A DNA stretch of 64,000 nt from Acetobacteraceae bacterium (lineage in GTDB: Bacteria > Pseudomonadota > Alphaproteobacteria > Acetobacterales > Acetobacteraceae). The stretch is from contig DATJSJ010000231.1 in the NCBI GenBank assembly GCA_035504175.1, positions 10,306-74,305 of the forward strand, read 5' to 3'. The position numbers and the translations under genes were made by a program. Below are positions 9,107 to 17,902 of this stretch, in pieces; the first letter of the stretch is position 1; every line of letters starts with the position of its first letter. Under the pieces are notes generated by a model. It saw only the letters and a list, made by a program, of their open reading frames with translations. It was not told the DNA's origin and made no database searches.

Positions 9107-10362
9107 TGCGCATCCTGTTGCTGAGCAATCTGTTTCCTCCGGCGATGCTGGGCGGCTATGAGCGCGCCTGTGCCAATGTCGCGGCCGGACTCGCGGCGCG
9201 TGGCCACACGGTGCGCGTGTTGTCGGGCTGGTCGCACCTGCCGCTGCCGGCCGGCGAGCCCGACTGGATCGATCGCGGCCTCGACCTCTCGCGCTTCTTT
9301 CGTGAGGAGACGTCACATCGGCTGCTCGAGGACCGCGACCTGCATGGTTCTATCTGCTCCTCGCTGGCGAACACGTTCTGCGTGCTCGACCGGATGCGCC
9401 GCTTTCGCCCCGACATCGTCTATGTCTGGAACGTCGTCGGCCTCGGCGCTGCAGCGCTGCTCGATCTGCTGAACCGGATCGATGTCCCGTGGGCCATTCA
9501 CCTGATGGATCGCGTGCCGTCGGAGATCATCGGCGGTGCATCCCCGGCGGTGCTGGGCTTGTTCGACGCGCACGATGGCGGGCTCTATGACGGCGCACGC
9601 GTGCTGGTGATGAGCCGGCTGCTGTTGGACGAGATCGAGTCGATGACCGGCTTCACCCTGCCGCAGGCCGAGATCGTCCCGGGCTGGGTCGATCTGGCGA
9701 CGGCCGTGCCGCACGCTGCGTACCGGCGCGACGGGACCACCCGCTTCGTCACCGCCGGCGCGCTGATCCCGCAGAAGGGGATCGGGTTGATGATCGAGGC
9801 GGCGGCGCGGCTGAAGGGCGAGCAGCGGCGCTTTCGTCTCGACATCTACGGCGATGGCGACCGCGCCACCTATGTCGCGATGGCGCGGGCATGGCAGGTC
9901 GATGACCGGGTGCGCTTCCTCGGCCCGCGGCCGCAGCCGGAGCTCATCCGTCTTCTGGCCGACTATGACGCCTTCCTGTTTCCGACCTGGGAGCGCGAAC
10001 CGTTCGGCTTTGCGCCGCTGGAGGCGGCGGGGTCCGGCACGCCGCCGATCATGACGCGCAACTGCGGCGCGGCGGAGCGGCTGGTGGACGAGGTGCATTG
10101 CCTGAAAATCGACCGCGACGCGGCATCGCTCGCCGCGGCGATGACCCGGGTGGCGACGGGCAGCGTCGATCTGGCGCGGCTCGGCCGGGCCGGGCAGCGC
10201 CTGGTGGCGCAGGACCTGACACTGTCCCGGGCGCTCGACCGGATCGAGGCGGTGCTGCAGGCCCAGGGCCGCCCGTGGCGAGGGGAAGCGGCGGCGGACC
10301 CGAAGCTGCCGCTGCTCCTCTATCTCAAGCACCATCTCTCCCTCAGCCTGCGATTCGGCTGA
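9106..10362 (+). CDS. Glycosyltransferase family 1
   Basis: The ATG at 9106 overlaps the upstream stop (TGATG). MRILLLSNLFPPAMLGGYERACANVAAGLAARGHTVRVL...PQKGIGLMIEAA...EPFGFAPLEAAGSGTPPIM. Confidence 0.85.
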   Translation: MRILLLSNLFPPAMLGGYERACANVAAGLAARGHTVRVLSGWSHLPLPAGEPDWIDRGLDLSRFFREETSHRLLEDRDLHGSICSSLANTFCVLDRMRRFRPDIVYVWNVVGLGAAALLDLLNRIDVPWAIHLMDRVPSEIIGGASPAVLGLFDAHDGGLYDGARVLVMSRLLLDEIESMTGFTLPQAEIVPGWVDLATAVPHAAYRRDGTTRFVTAGALIPQKGIGLMIEAAARLKGEQRRFRLDIYGDGDRATYVAMARAWQVDDRVRFLGPRPQPELIRLLADYDAFLFPTWEREPFGFAPLEAAGSGTPPIMTRNCGAAERLVDEVHCLKIDRDAASLAAAMTRVATGSVDLARLGRAGQRLVAQDLTLSRALDRIEAVLQAQGRPWRGEAAADPKLPLLLYLKHHLSLSLRFG

Positions 10363-10380
10363 GCGGCAGCGGGAGGCAAT

Positions 10381-11718
10381 ATGGATCTGGCGCGAATCCG
10401 GGACCGCGGTCGTTCGACCAGCGGCAGGGGCTGGGCCACCAACCCGATGCGCGGCGCGCTCTGGCGCCTGTCGCTGCCGTACTACGAGGCGCTGGCGGCC
10501 GAATTTCACGCCGAGCTGGCCGCCTTGCGGCAGATGCGCGAGCAGGCCGAGGCGGATCGTGCCGTGACGCTCGATGAGCGGCTCGCCGCCTTGCGCGACG
10601 AGCTCGCCGGTCAGACCGCGTCGCGACCCGCCGACGCGGCGGAGCTGCGGACGAAGCTCGCGGAGCTGCACGGCGAACTGCGCGGGGAGCTCGCCTCCAT
10701 GATCGCCTCGCGTCAGGCGGGTGCCACCAAGGACGCGATGGCGATCGCGCACCGGCTCGGCGGTCTGGAGGAGGAAGCGGCGGCCGCGGCGCAGGCGCGG
10801 ACGCGGCTGGAGGAGTCGATCGCCACGGTGCGCGCCGAGGCACAGCACGCCGTCGCCTATGTCGAGGCGGTGCATCGGGACTCTGTCGCGGCGGTCGAGG
10901 GATTGCGCGCGGCGCTCGGCGAGCGCATCGACGCGATCGCGCGAGGCGCCCCGCTGCGCGCCGGCGATCGGATCGCGCTCGGCCGCGGCAATCTGGTACT
11001 CGTGGCGACCCCGGAGGGGCCGCGTTTCATCGTGCGCCAGCACGATCTGATCGGCCGCCTCGTGGCCGACGGCCAGGAATGGGAGCCGCATGTCCGCGCC
11101 GCGATCGAGCGGGCCGCACGGCCGGACGGTATTGCGGTGGATGCCGGCGCCTATATCGGGTTGCACACCGTCACCATGGCGCGCTGCTTCGCCCATGTGC
11201 ACGCCTTCGAGCCGCAACGGGGCATCTATCAGCTCCTGTGCGGCAACCTGGTGCTGAACGGCTGCGCCAATGTCGAGGCGCATCAGCTCGCGCTGTACGA
11301 CCATGCCGGCGGCATGCGCCTGGCGCCACCCGAGCGGCAGGAGATTCCGACGCCGATGGCGGATGGGCAGCCCGACTACGCGCGAATCAGCAACGCTGCG
11401 GCGCTGACTTTCGAAAGTCTCGACGGCGGCGCCGGGGAAGTGCGCGCCGTGACGCTGGACGAACTTGGCCTGGAGGGCGTCGCGCTAATCAAGATCGACA
11501 CCCAGGGCGCCGATCTCAGGGTGCTGCGCGGCGCCGAGGCGACGATCCGCCGCTGCCGGCCGGTCGTGTTGTTCGAATGGGAGCGCGATCTCGCTGCCCA
11601 GCACGGCAGCGCGCTCGAGGAGTTTCCTGCCTTCTTCGCCCCGTTCGACTATGAGGTCGCCGTGCTGCACGAGACCACGCCCGGGCGGCAGGCGGATTAC
11701 GTGGCAACGCCGCGCTGA
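10381..11718 (+). CDS. FkbM-family SAM methyltransferase with roughly 200-aa N-terminal coiled-coil region
   Basis: The C-terminal half has GIAVDAGAYIGLHTVTMARCF..VHAFEPQRGIYQLLCGNLVLNG...IKIDTQGADLRVLRGAEATIRRCRPVVLFEW (FkbM signature). The N-terminal half is Ala/Glu/Leu/Arg-rich and heptad-like. Confidence 0.8.
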   Translation: MDLARIRDRGRSTSGRGWATNPMRGALWRLSLPYYEALAAEFHAELAALRQMREQAEADRAVTLDERLAALRDELAGQTASRPADAAELRTKLAELHGELRGELASMIASRQAGATKDAMAIAHRLGGLEEEAAAAAQARTRLEESIATVRAEAQHAVAYVEAVHRDSVAAVEGLRAALGERIDAIARGAPLRAGDRIALGRGNLVLVATPEGPRFIVRQHDLIGRLVADGQEWEPHVRAAIERAARPDGIAVDAGAYIGLHTVTMARCFAHVHAFEPQRGIYQLLCGNLVLNGCANVEAHQLALYDHAGGMRLAPPERQEIPTPMADGQPDYARISNAAALTFESLDGGAGEVRAVTLDELGLEGVALIKIDTQGADLRVLRGAEATIRRCRPVVLFEWERDLAAQHGSALEEFPAFFAPFDYEVAVLHETTPGRQADYVATPR

Positions 11719-11747
11719 GGCACGGCGGGCCCGGCGGTCGCGGCATG

Positions 11748-11772
11748 GCGGCGTCGGAGGACCGGACGCCGC
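11748..11772. terminator. GC-rich hairpin between convergent genes (possible bidirectional terminator)
   Basis: GCGGCGTC (11748-11755), a 9-nt loop, then GACGCCGC (11765-11772). There is no T-tract. Confidence 0.3.
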
Positions 11773-11785
11773 GCCTGCCGCGGCC

Positions 11786-12430
11786 TCAGAAATCGTTCAG
11801 CAGCGCGTCGATATCGGCCTGCGCCATTGCGGCGTTCGGTAGTTGCGGGCCGTTCAGCAGATGCGCATCGGGATGCCGGTCGGCGCCGCCGCCGCCGATG
11901 CCGGCGCTGTCCCAGCGATGCTGGCCGAATGTCTCGATGATCCGCGTGACCTTCGCTTCCACCGATTTCAGCGTGCTGACCACTTTGGTGATGCGCTGGC
12001 CGGTGATGTCCTGGAAGCTGCACGCCTCGTAGATGCGGGTCGTGGCGTCCTGCACCACGGCGGCGGACGGGCCCTCCGGCCGGCCGGCCGTGTCGTCCAG
12101 CATCTCGCACGCCTCGAGAATTGCGTTCGTCGCCTCGGCCGTGTGCGACACCACCGCGTCGAGCTCGTCGCTGGCGGCCGAGACATTGGCATTGGCCGCG
12201 TCCTCGGCGCGCAGCGCCGCAATCTCCTCCTTCGCGGCGGCGATCGTCTGGCCGAGATCCTCGACCTCCCGCAGCAACTCCTGTTCATGCGCGGAGAGCT
12301 GCGTGCCGAGCGTCTCGACCACCGCGCGCACGATGTCGCCGATCATCTGTGGCTGCGCCGCCGGGTAGCGCGAGCAGATCGCGGTCAGGCGCTCGGCGAG
12401 CAGACGAATATCCGGAGCCGGTTCAGACAT
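11786..12430 (-). CDS. cheZ: CheZ-like CheY-P phosphatase, orphan
   Basis: 214 aa. ACSFQDITGQRI matches the CheZ active-site segment (Asp and Gln four residues apart, as in E. coli FQDLTGQ). The C-terminal ADIDALLNDF resembles the CheY-binding tail. The central region is a long helical hairpin. Confidence 0.75.
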   Translation of the reverse strand: MSEPAPDIRLLAERLTAICSRYPAAQPQMIGDIVRAVVETLGTQLSAHEQELLREVEDLGQTIAAAKEEIAALRAEDAANANVSAASDELDAVVSHTAEATNAILEACEMLDDTAGRPEGPSAAVVQDATTRIYEACSFQDITGQRITKVVSTLKSVEAKVTRIIETFGQHRWDSAGIGGGGADRHPDAHLLNGPQLPNAAMAQADIDALLNDF

Positions 12431-12782
12431 CTCTGGCCACCTTCAGGCTAGGGGTTTTGCGCAGGGAGGCGGGCCGGTCGGATGAAGCGCATCCGGCCGC
12501 AGGCGCGGCCGGCGCCGGGCCTCGTTCGCCGGCAGCCACTGCCTGCCCCGGACCGACACCGGTGCCCGGCCGCCACGGCGAGGCGGGATGCGGTCCGCGC
12601 CGCTCCCCTGCTCGTGACGCGGGCGCCGGATCGGGGAGAGGCACGCGTCATCGCCGCTGGCTCCTGGATCAGGTCGGGCGATCCTATCGGCGGGCGATTA
12701 AGGCCCGGTTACGCGCGGGTGCACCCGTCCGGCATGGGCCCATCACGCCGGCACCACGGGGCGGAACGACCCGCCCGGCCGG

Positions 12783-12812
12783 TTGACAGTGCGAGAGCCG
12801 CCTCGTTTAGAT
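12783..12812 (+). promoter_or_regulatory. Sigma-70-like promoter candidate for the ABC operon
   Basis: TTGACA (12783-12788), 18 nt, TTAGAT (12807-12812). This would give a roughly 175-nt leader before the ATG at 12991. Confidence 0.3.
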
Positions 12813-12990
12813 GCCGCTCCATCATAGGGTTTTGGAACGCAGCGGCCGGGGCCCAGCCCCAGGCACCATATACGGCGCGGGTCACGACACGGTCCTTGCG
12901 CGACCCGGCATCCGGCGATCCCGGTCGTCCGGGCCGCGATCGCATTGCCCGCCGCCCAATCATCCGTACATCGCCAAGGGAGAGAGCGTC

Positions 12991-14673
12991 ATGAGGGTTG
13001 AGGAATACCAGCGCATGATGGGCTGGCAGACGGGCCGGCGCGGCCTGCTGCAGGGTGCCGCCGGGCTCGGGGCAGCCGCGTTGGCCGCGGGCGGTCTCGG
13101 AGCGATGCCGGCGCCGGCGCGGGCCGCGACCTCCATGTCGCCGCAGGAAATGGCGCTGCGCCGCGAGATCCTGAAGATCCCCGGTGTCGGCAAGGGATCG
13201 CCGACCGATGCCGACTGGCAGAAGGTTGGCGAGCTCTGCCTCGGGCCGACCAAGGAGCGGGTCAAACAAGGCGAGTTCAACGGCGTGCAGCTCACCTTCA
13301 TGGGGCTGAACAACCAGAACCTGCACGATTTCCTGTTCCGCGGCTTCCTCAAGCCGTGGGAGCGATACACCGGGGCGAAGATCACCTGGATCGACCTCGC
13401 CCAGGCCGACTACAATCCGCGCCTGCAACAGGCGATCGCCACCGGCACGATCGATTTCGACATCCTGGAGATGGGCGCGCCCTTCGAGGGCCAGGTCTGC
13501 GGCAAGGGCCTGACCTCCGAGATGCCGGACGAGGTCAAGAAGCAGATCGATATCGACGACTACGTCGACTACCTCAAGCCGCCGGTCGGCACCTGGGACG
13601 GCAAGACCTATCGCGTCACCATCGACGGCGACTGCCACACGATCAACTATCGCACCGACGTCTTCTCCGACAAGGACCTGGCCAAGGCCTGGGCGGCGGC
13701 AGGCAACAAGCAGCCCTGGGGCAACCCGCGCACCTGGCAGGAGGTGCAGGCGGTGACCAAGTTCCTCAAGGGCAAGAAATTCGCCGGCCGCGACGTCTAC
13801 GGCTATCTCGACGCGCCGAAGCCCTGGGGCGGGTTCTGCTTCTACTTCCTCGCCAGCCGCGCCACCGCCTACGTCAAATACCCCGGCGAGAAGGCCTGGC
13901 TGTTCGACGTCGACACGATGAAGCCGCGCGTCAACAATCCGGGCTGGGTGCGCGCCATCCAGGACGTGATCGACGCGCTGCCGTACGAGCCGCCGAATCA
14001 GATCAACGCCGACCCGAACACCACCGCCTTCCAGCAATTCCTCGCCGGCACCGGCAGCCTGCTCACCTGGTGGGGCGATATCGGCCAGATGGCCAACACC
14101 AGCGATTCCTCGGTGGTCGGCAACGTCATCGGTTTCGACATCCTGCCCGGCTCCGACGACTTGTACAACCACAAGACCGGCAAATGGGAGAAGCTGCCGA
14201 GCGGGCCGAACTTCGCGCCGAACATGGCCTATCTCGGCTGGGGCATCTACGTGATGGCGCGGGTGAACGGCGACACCGCCAAGCACAAGGCGGCGTGGAG
14301 TGCGGCCGCGCATCTCGGCGGCAAGGATCTGTCGATCTGGACCGTGATGTACCCTTCCGGCTTCCAGGTGCACCGGCAAAGCCATTTCGACATCCCGGAA
14401 TGGCTCGCCGCCGGCTACGAGAAGGACTACATCACCTCGTACCTGAACTCGGAATCGCACTCCTACAATCACCCGAACGGTGCGATCGAGCCGCGCATTC
14501 CCGGCATCTTCCAATACTACAGTCTGGCCGAGGACGAGCTCGCGAAGGTCTTCGCCGGCAAGGTCGATGCGCAAAAAGGCGCGGACAACATCGTCGCCGC
14601 CTGGGAGAAGCTGACCGACCAGCTCGGGCGGGAGAAGCAGATCGCGCTGTACAAGGCGTCGCTCGGCCTCTAA
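12991..14673 (+). CDS. ABC transporter extracellular solute-binding protein (carbohydrate family 1), Tat signal
   Basis: The ATG at 12991 follows AAGGGAGAGAG. MRVEEYQRMMGWQTGRRGLLQGAAGLGAAALAAGGLGAMPAPARA is a twin-arginine signal. The body is a large periplasmic-binding-protein fold. Two permease genes follow. Confidence 0.9.
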   Translation: MRVEEYQRMMGWQTGRRGLLQGAAGLGAAALAAGGLGAMPAPARAATSMSPQEMALRREILKIPGVGKGSPTDADWQKVGELCLGPTKERVKQGEFNGVQLTFMGLNNQNLHDFLFRGFLKPWERYTGAKITWIDLAQADYNPRLQQAIATGTIDFDILEMGAPFEGQVCGKGLTSEMPDEVKKQIDIDDYVDYLKPPVGTWDGKTYRVTIDGDCHTINYRTDVFSDKDLAKAWAAAGNKQPWGNPRTWQEVQAVTKFLKGKKFAGRDVYGYLDAPKPWGGFCFYFLASRATAYVKYPGEKAWLFDVDTMKPRVNNPGWVRAIQDVIDALPYEPPNQINADPNTTAFQQFLAGTGSLLTWWGDIGQMANTSDSSVVGNVIGFDILPGSDDLYNHKTGKWEKLPSGPNFAPNMAYLGWGIYVMARVNGDTAKHKAAWSAAAHLGGKDLSIWTVMYPSGFQVHRQSHFDIPEWLAAGYEKDYITSYLNSESHSYNHPNGAIEPRIPGIFQYYSLAEDELAKVFAGKVDAQKGADNIVAAWEKLTDQLGREKQIALYKASLGL

Positions 14674-14790
14674 CGAGGCACCGCACAGCCGGGCCGGCGG
14701 GGCAGCACCCGCCGGCTCGCGACCTTCTGCCTTCCAAGCCTGCCTGGGCGGGCAACCAGCCGGGCCGGGCCGATTCCGGTCCGGCTGGCG

Positions 14791-15939
14791 TTGCTCTATG
14801 CTGCCCCACCCTGCCAGGGAGCACAGCCGATTTCCGCATCTGCCATCCGTCCGACCGAAGGGCGACCGCACGACCATGGCGCGGCCGGCCGCCGTCGCCT
14901 GGGCCGCACCCTGATTCTGCTCGCCTCGCTCGGACTGATCGCCGTGGCGCTGCTGCAATGCCTGCACGCCGCCGGCGCCACTGCGGCAGGATTCGTCACC
15001 TGGCGGCCGGTGCTCTACGCCTATGTCGTGTGGGCGGTCGCGCTCGGCGCGGCACAGGTGCTGATCCGCGGCGAGGCCGGGCGACGGGCGCTGTTCGTGC
15101 TGCCGGCGGTGCTGTTCACCGTCGCCGTCGTGATCTTCCCGACCTTGTTCGGTTTCTACATCGCCTCGCTCGACTGGAACCTGAGTGCCACCGGGGGACC
15201 GCACTTCAACGACTTCGCCAATTTCGTGCAGCTCTTTCACGACTCGGATTACTGGAATGCGCTCTCCAACATGGTGTTCTACGTCGCCGCGGTGCTCGTC
15301 GAATACGCGATCGCCTTCGGCCTCGCGCTGCTGCTGACCGCCGAGATCCGCGCCCGCAAGTTCTTCCGGGTCGCCTTCCTGATGCCGTTCATGCTGAGCC
15401 CGGTCGCGGTGAGCTGGATGATCGGCAAGTCGCTGTTCGAATACCGCTTCGGCCCGGCCGCGAACCTCGCCCGCTTCCTCGGCTGGCAGACGCCGGCCTT
15501 CTTCGCCTATCCCTGGACCGCACGGCTCGGCATCGAGGCGATGGCGGCCTGGGTCGCCATCCCGTTCATCATGATCCTGCTGCTCGCCGGTCTGCAGGCG
15601 CTGCCGCGTGAAGTTCAGGAGGCCGCGCGCGTGGATGGCGCAAGCCCGTGGCAGTCCTTCTGGAAGGTGACCTTCCCGCTCATGCTCCCGGTCAGCGTCA
15701 CCGCACTGCTGATCCGGATCATTTTCCAGCTCAAGCTCGCCGACATCGTGATCAACGTGACGTCCGGCGGCCCGGGCGGCGCCACCGACACGGTCTCCAG
15801 CTTCATCTACCGGGTCTACAGCGACCGGTCGAACGTCGGCTACGGCACCGCGCTCGCGATGTTCTATCTCGTCCTCATCATCATTTTCCTGACCATCATG
15901 CTGCGCGTGGCGAACCGGTGGACACGGACCCTCGCGTGA
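14791..15939 (+). CDS. ABC transporter permease (MalF/UgpA-like)
   Basis: Multi-TM protein with the EAA-type loop LQALPREVQEAARVDGASPWQSFWKVTFPLM. The start is uncertain and a shorter N-terminus is possible. Confidence 0.85.
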   Translation: MLYAAPPCQGAQPISASAIRPTEGRPHDHGAAGRRRLGRTLILLASLGLIAVALLQCLHAAGATAAGFVTWRPVLYAYVVWAVALGAAQVLIRGEAGRRALFVLPAVLFTVAVVIFPTLFGFYIASLDWNLSATGGPHFNDFANFVQLFHDSDYWNALSNMVFYVAAVLVEYAIAFGLALLLTAEIRARKFFRVAFLMPFMLSPVAVSWMIGKSLFEYRFGPAANLARFLGWQTPAFFAYPWTARLGIEAMAAWVAIPFIMILLLAGLQALPREVQEAARVDGASPWQSFWKVTFPLMLPVSVTALLIRIIFQLKLADIVINVTSGGPGGATDTVSSFIYRVYSDRSNVGYGTALAMFYLVLIIIFLTIMLRVANRWTRTLA

Positions 15940-16898
15940 GCCCATCCGCACCCGGAGACGGCACCGCGATCGGCGCACTCTCCGCGCCGCCGGGAACCCA
16001 CCGCAGCGTTCTCGCATCGCGCCACGCGGCGCGGCGGGCCGGCGGTCGCGTGCTGATCTACGCCGCACTGATCGCCTGGGCCTTCATCTGCCTGTTCCCG
16101 ATCTACTGGACCGTCACGACGTCGATGAAATCGGCGGCGGACGTGACGCAGGGACACCTCATCCCCTGGCTCGACTTTCAGCCGAGCTGGAAGGGCTGGC
16201 GCTCGCTCGGCCTCTCGCCGGATACGATCTTCGAAATCTCCGATCCGCGGAACGAATTCCTCAGCCGCTTCGCCAACAGCGTGATCATCGCCGGCGGCGC
16301 CTCCTGTCTCGCACTGTTCCTCGGCTCGATCGCCGCCTACGGACTGAGCCGCTTCCGCTACCGCTTCGGTTGGATGCGCAACAGCGACATCCTGTTCTTC
16401 TTCATCTCGCAGCTCATCCTGCCACCGGTCGTGCTCGCCCTGCCGTTCCTGGTGCTGTACAAGGAACTGGCACTGCTCGACACACGCGTCGGCATGGTCC
16501 TGATCTACACCCTCACCGTGCTGCCGATCGTGATCTGGATCATGCGTGACCAGTTCAACGCCATTCCGGTCGAGCTCGACGAAGCCGCACTGGTCGACGG
16601 GCTCTCCTCCTGGGGCGCCTTCCTGCGCATCGTGCTCCCGATCGCACTTCCCGGCATGGTCGCCGCCTTCATCCTGTCGCTGGTGCTGACCTGGAACGAG
16701 TACTTCTTCGCCGCGCTGCTGACTGCGACGAATGCCAAAACGCTGCCCGTGATGGTGGCGAGCCAGACCGGCTCGCAGGGGATCGACTGGTGGTCAATGG
16801 CGGCGCTGTCGACCGCAGCCATCGCGCCGCTGGTGATCGTCGGGATCGTGCTGGAGCGGTATATCGTCAAGGGGTTGGCGACTGGGGCGGTCAAATAA
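15936..16898 (+). CDS. ABC transporter permease (MalG/UgpE-like)
   Basis: The GTG at 15936 overlaps the upstream stop (GTGA). ...LIYAALIAWAFICLFPIYWTVTTSMK...FNAIPVELDEAALVDGLSSWGAFLRIVLPIALPG. Confidence 0.85.
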   Translation: MSPSAPGDGTAIGALSAPPGTHRSVLASRHAARRAGGRVLIYAALIAWAFICLFPIYWTVTTSMKSAADVTQGHLIPWLDFQPSWKGWRSLGLSPDTIFEISDPRNEFLSRFANSVIIAGGASCLALFLGSIAAYGLSRFRYRFGWMRNSDILFFFISQLILPPVVLALPFLVLYKELALLDTRVGMVLIYTLTVLPIVIWIMRDQFNAIPVELDEAALVDGLSSWGAFLRIVLPIALPGMVAAFILSLVLTWNEYFFAALLTATNAKTLPVMVASQTGSQGIDWWSMAALSTAAIAPLVIVGIVLERYIVKGLATGAVK

Positions 16899-16908
16899 GA
16901 GAGCAAGA

Positions 16909-16947
16909 GCGGGCTCCGCCCGCGCCCGCCAGGGGCTTCGCCCCTGG
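16909..16947. repeat. Two GC-rich stem-loops, the second of the CCAGGGGC-N3-GCCCCTGG family
   Basis: GCGGGC-TCC-GCCCGC (16909-16923) and CCAGGGGC-TTC-GCCCCTGG (16929-16947), between the convergent permease and pfkB genes. Confidence 0.5.
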
Positions 16948-16953
16948 ACCCCT

Positions 16954-17901
16954 TCACTTGACGGAGTCGGCAACCAGGCTGCGGTAGAGGCTTTCCACGT
17001 CGGCGGCCCGGGTGCGAGCAGTGCCATACATCGTGACCGCCGCGGCGCCGGCGGCAACGCCGAGTGCCAGCGCGTCACGCTCAGCGAGCCCACGCGACAG
17101 GCCCAGCACCAGCCCGGCGAGGAAACTGTCGCCGGCGCCAACCGCACTCGCCGTCGCAACCGCCGGCGCCGGCATGCCAACGACACCCTGCGCCGTGGCC
17201 AGCATCGCCCCGTCCCGCCCGAGACTGAGCGCAATCATGCGCGCGGCACCGGCGTGGATCAGCCCTCCGACCGCGAGTTGCTGCGACGCCGCGTCGGGCA
17301 CGCTGCGAGCGAGCAGGAACTCAAGCTCGCCCAGACTCAGCTTCAGCAGCGCCACATCCGGCCCGATCGCCGCGCGCAGCGCCGGACCGGACGTGTCGAG
17401 CACGAAACGCTGCCCGCGTCGCTCGCTGATCGCAGCGACACGGGCATAGAAATCCTCCGGCACGCCCCGCGGCAGGCTGCCGCTGGCGACGATCCACGCC
17501 GCCTCGACCTCGGCCAGCGCGTCCAGCGCTGACTGCCACTCCGCCGGGCGCAGCTCCGGCCCCTCCGGCACGAAGCGATACTCCAACCCGCTGCCGCGAT
17601 CATGCACGTTGAGACTGATGCGGCTGCGGCCGGCGATCGGTATCACCCGACGCGGCACGCCGGCCTCGTCCACCAGCTCCTCGATCAGCCGTCCCGTCAC
17701 CCCGCCGGTCGCGATCAGCGCCAGCGCCTCGCCGCCGAGCGCATGGATCACCCGGGCGACGTTGATGCCGCCGCCGCCGGGATCCAGCCGCTCGTCGAAG
17801 GTACGGACCTTGTGCGTGGGCCGCACGGCCGCCGCGGTGCAGGCGAGGTCGACCGCCGGATTCAGCGTCAGCGTTGCGATGCGCGCAGTCATCCGCCGCA
17901 C
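16954..17901 (-). CDS. PfkB-family sugar/sugar-phosphate kinase (1-phosphofructokinase/tagatose-6-P kinase subfamily)
   Basis: IATLTLNPAVDLACTA...LDPGGGGINVARVIHALGGEALALIATGGVTG... and the C-terminal ATASAVGAGDSFLAGLVLG (PfkB signature 2). It starts 1 nt after the ppsA stop. Confidence 0.85.
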   Translation of the reverse strand: MRRMTARIATLTLNPAVDLACTAAAVRPTHKVRTFDERLDPGGGGINVARVIHALGGEALALIATGGVTGRLIEELVDEAGVPRRVIPIAGRSRISLNVHDRGSGLEYRFVPEGPELRPAEWQSALDALAEVEAAWIVASGSLPRGVPEDFYARVAAISERRGQRFVLDTSGPALRAAIGPDVALLKLSLGELEFLLARSVPDAASQQLAVGGLIHAGAARMIALSLGRDGAMLATAQGVVGMPAPAVATASAVGAGDSFLAGLVLGLSRGLAERDALALGVAAGAAAVTMYGTARTRAADVESLYRSLVADSVK

Positions 17902-17902
17902 C

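Noticed and set aside
5522-9316. 1264-aa minus-strand ORF antisense to asmA and the first glycosyltransferase.
   Set aside because: The composition is extreme in Arg/Ala/Gly/Pro with no recognisable motifs, and it lies opposite two well-supported genes. This is the classic stop-codon-poor antisense frame of high-GC DNA. The same reasoning applies to 12709..16068(-), 28451..31459(+), 37513..39510(-), 24899..26962(-), 9313..11304(-) and similar track entries.
12482-12994. 170-aa ORF in the cheZ/ABC intergenic region.
   Set aside because: It is Arg/Pro/Ala-rich with no motifs or RBS, and it runs into the binding-protein start. It is treated as non-coding leader DNA.
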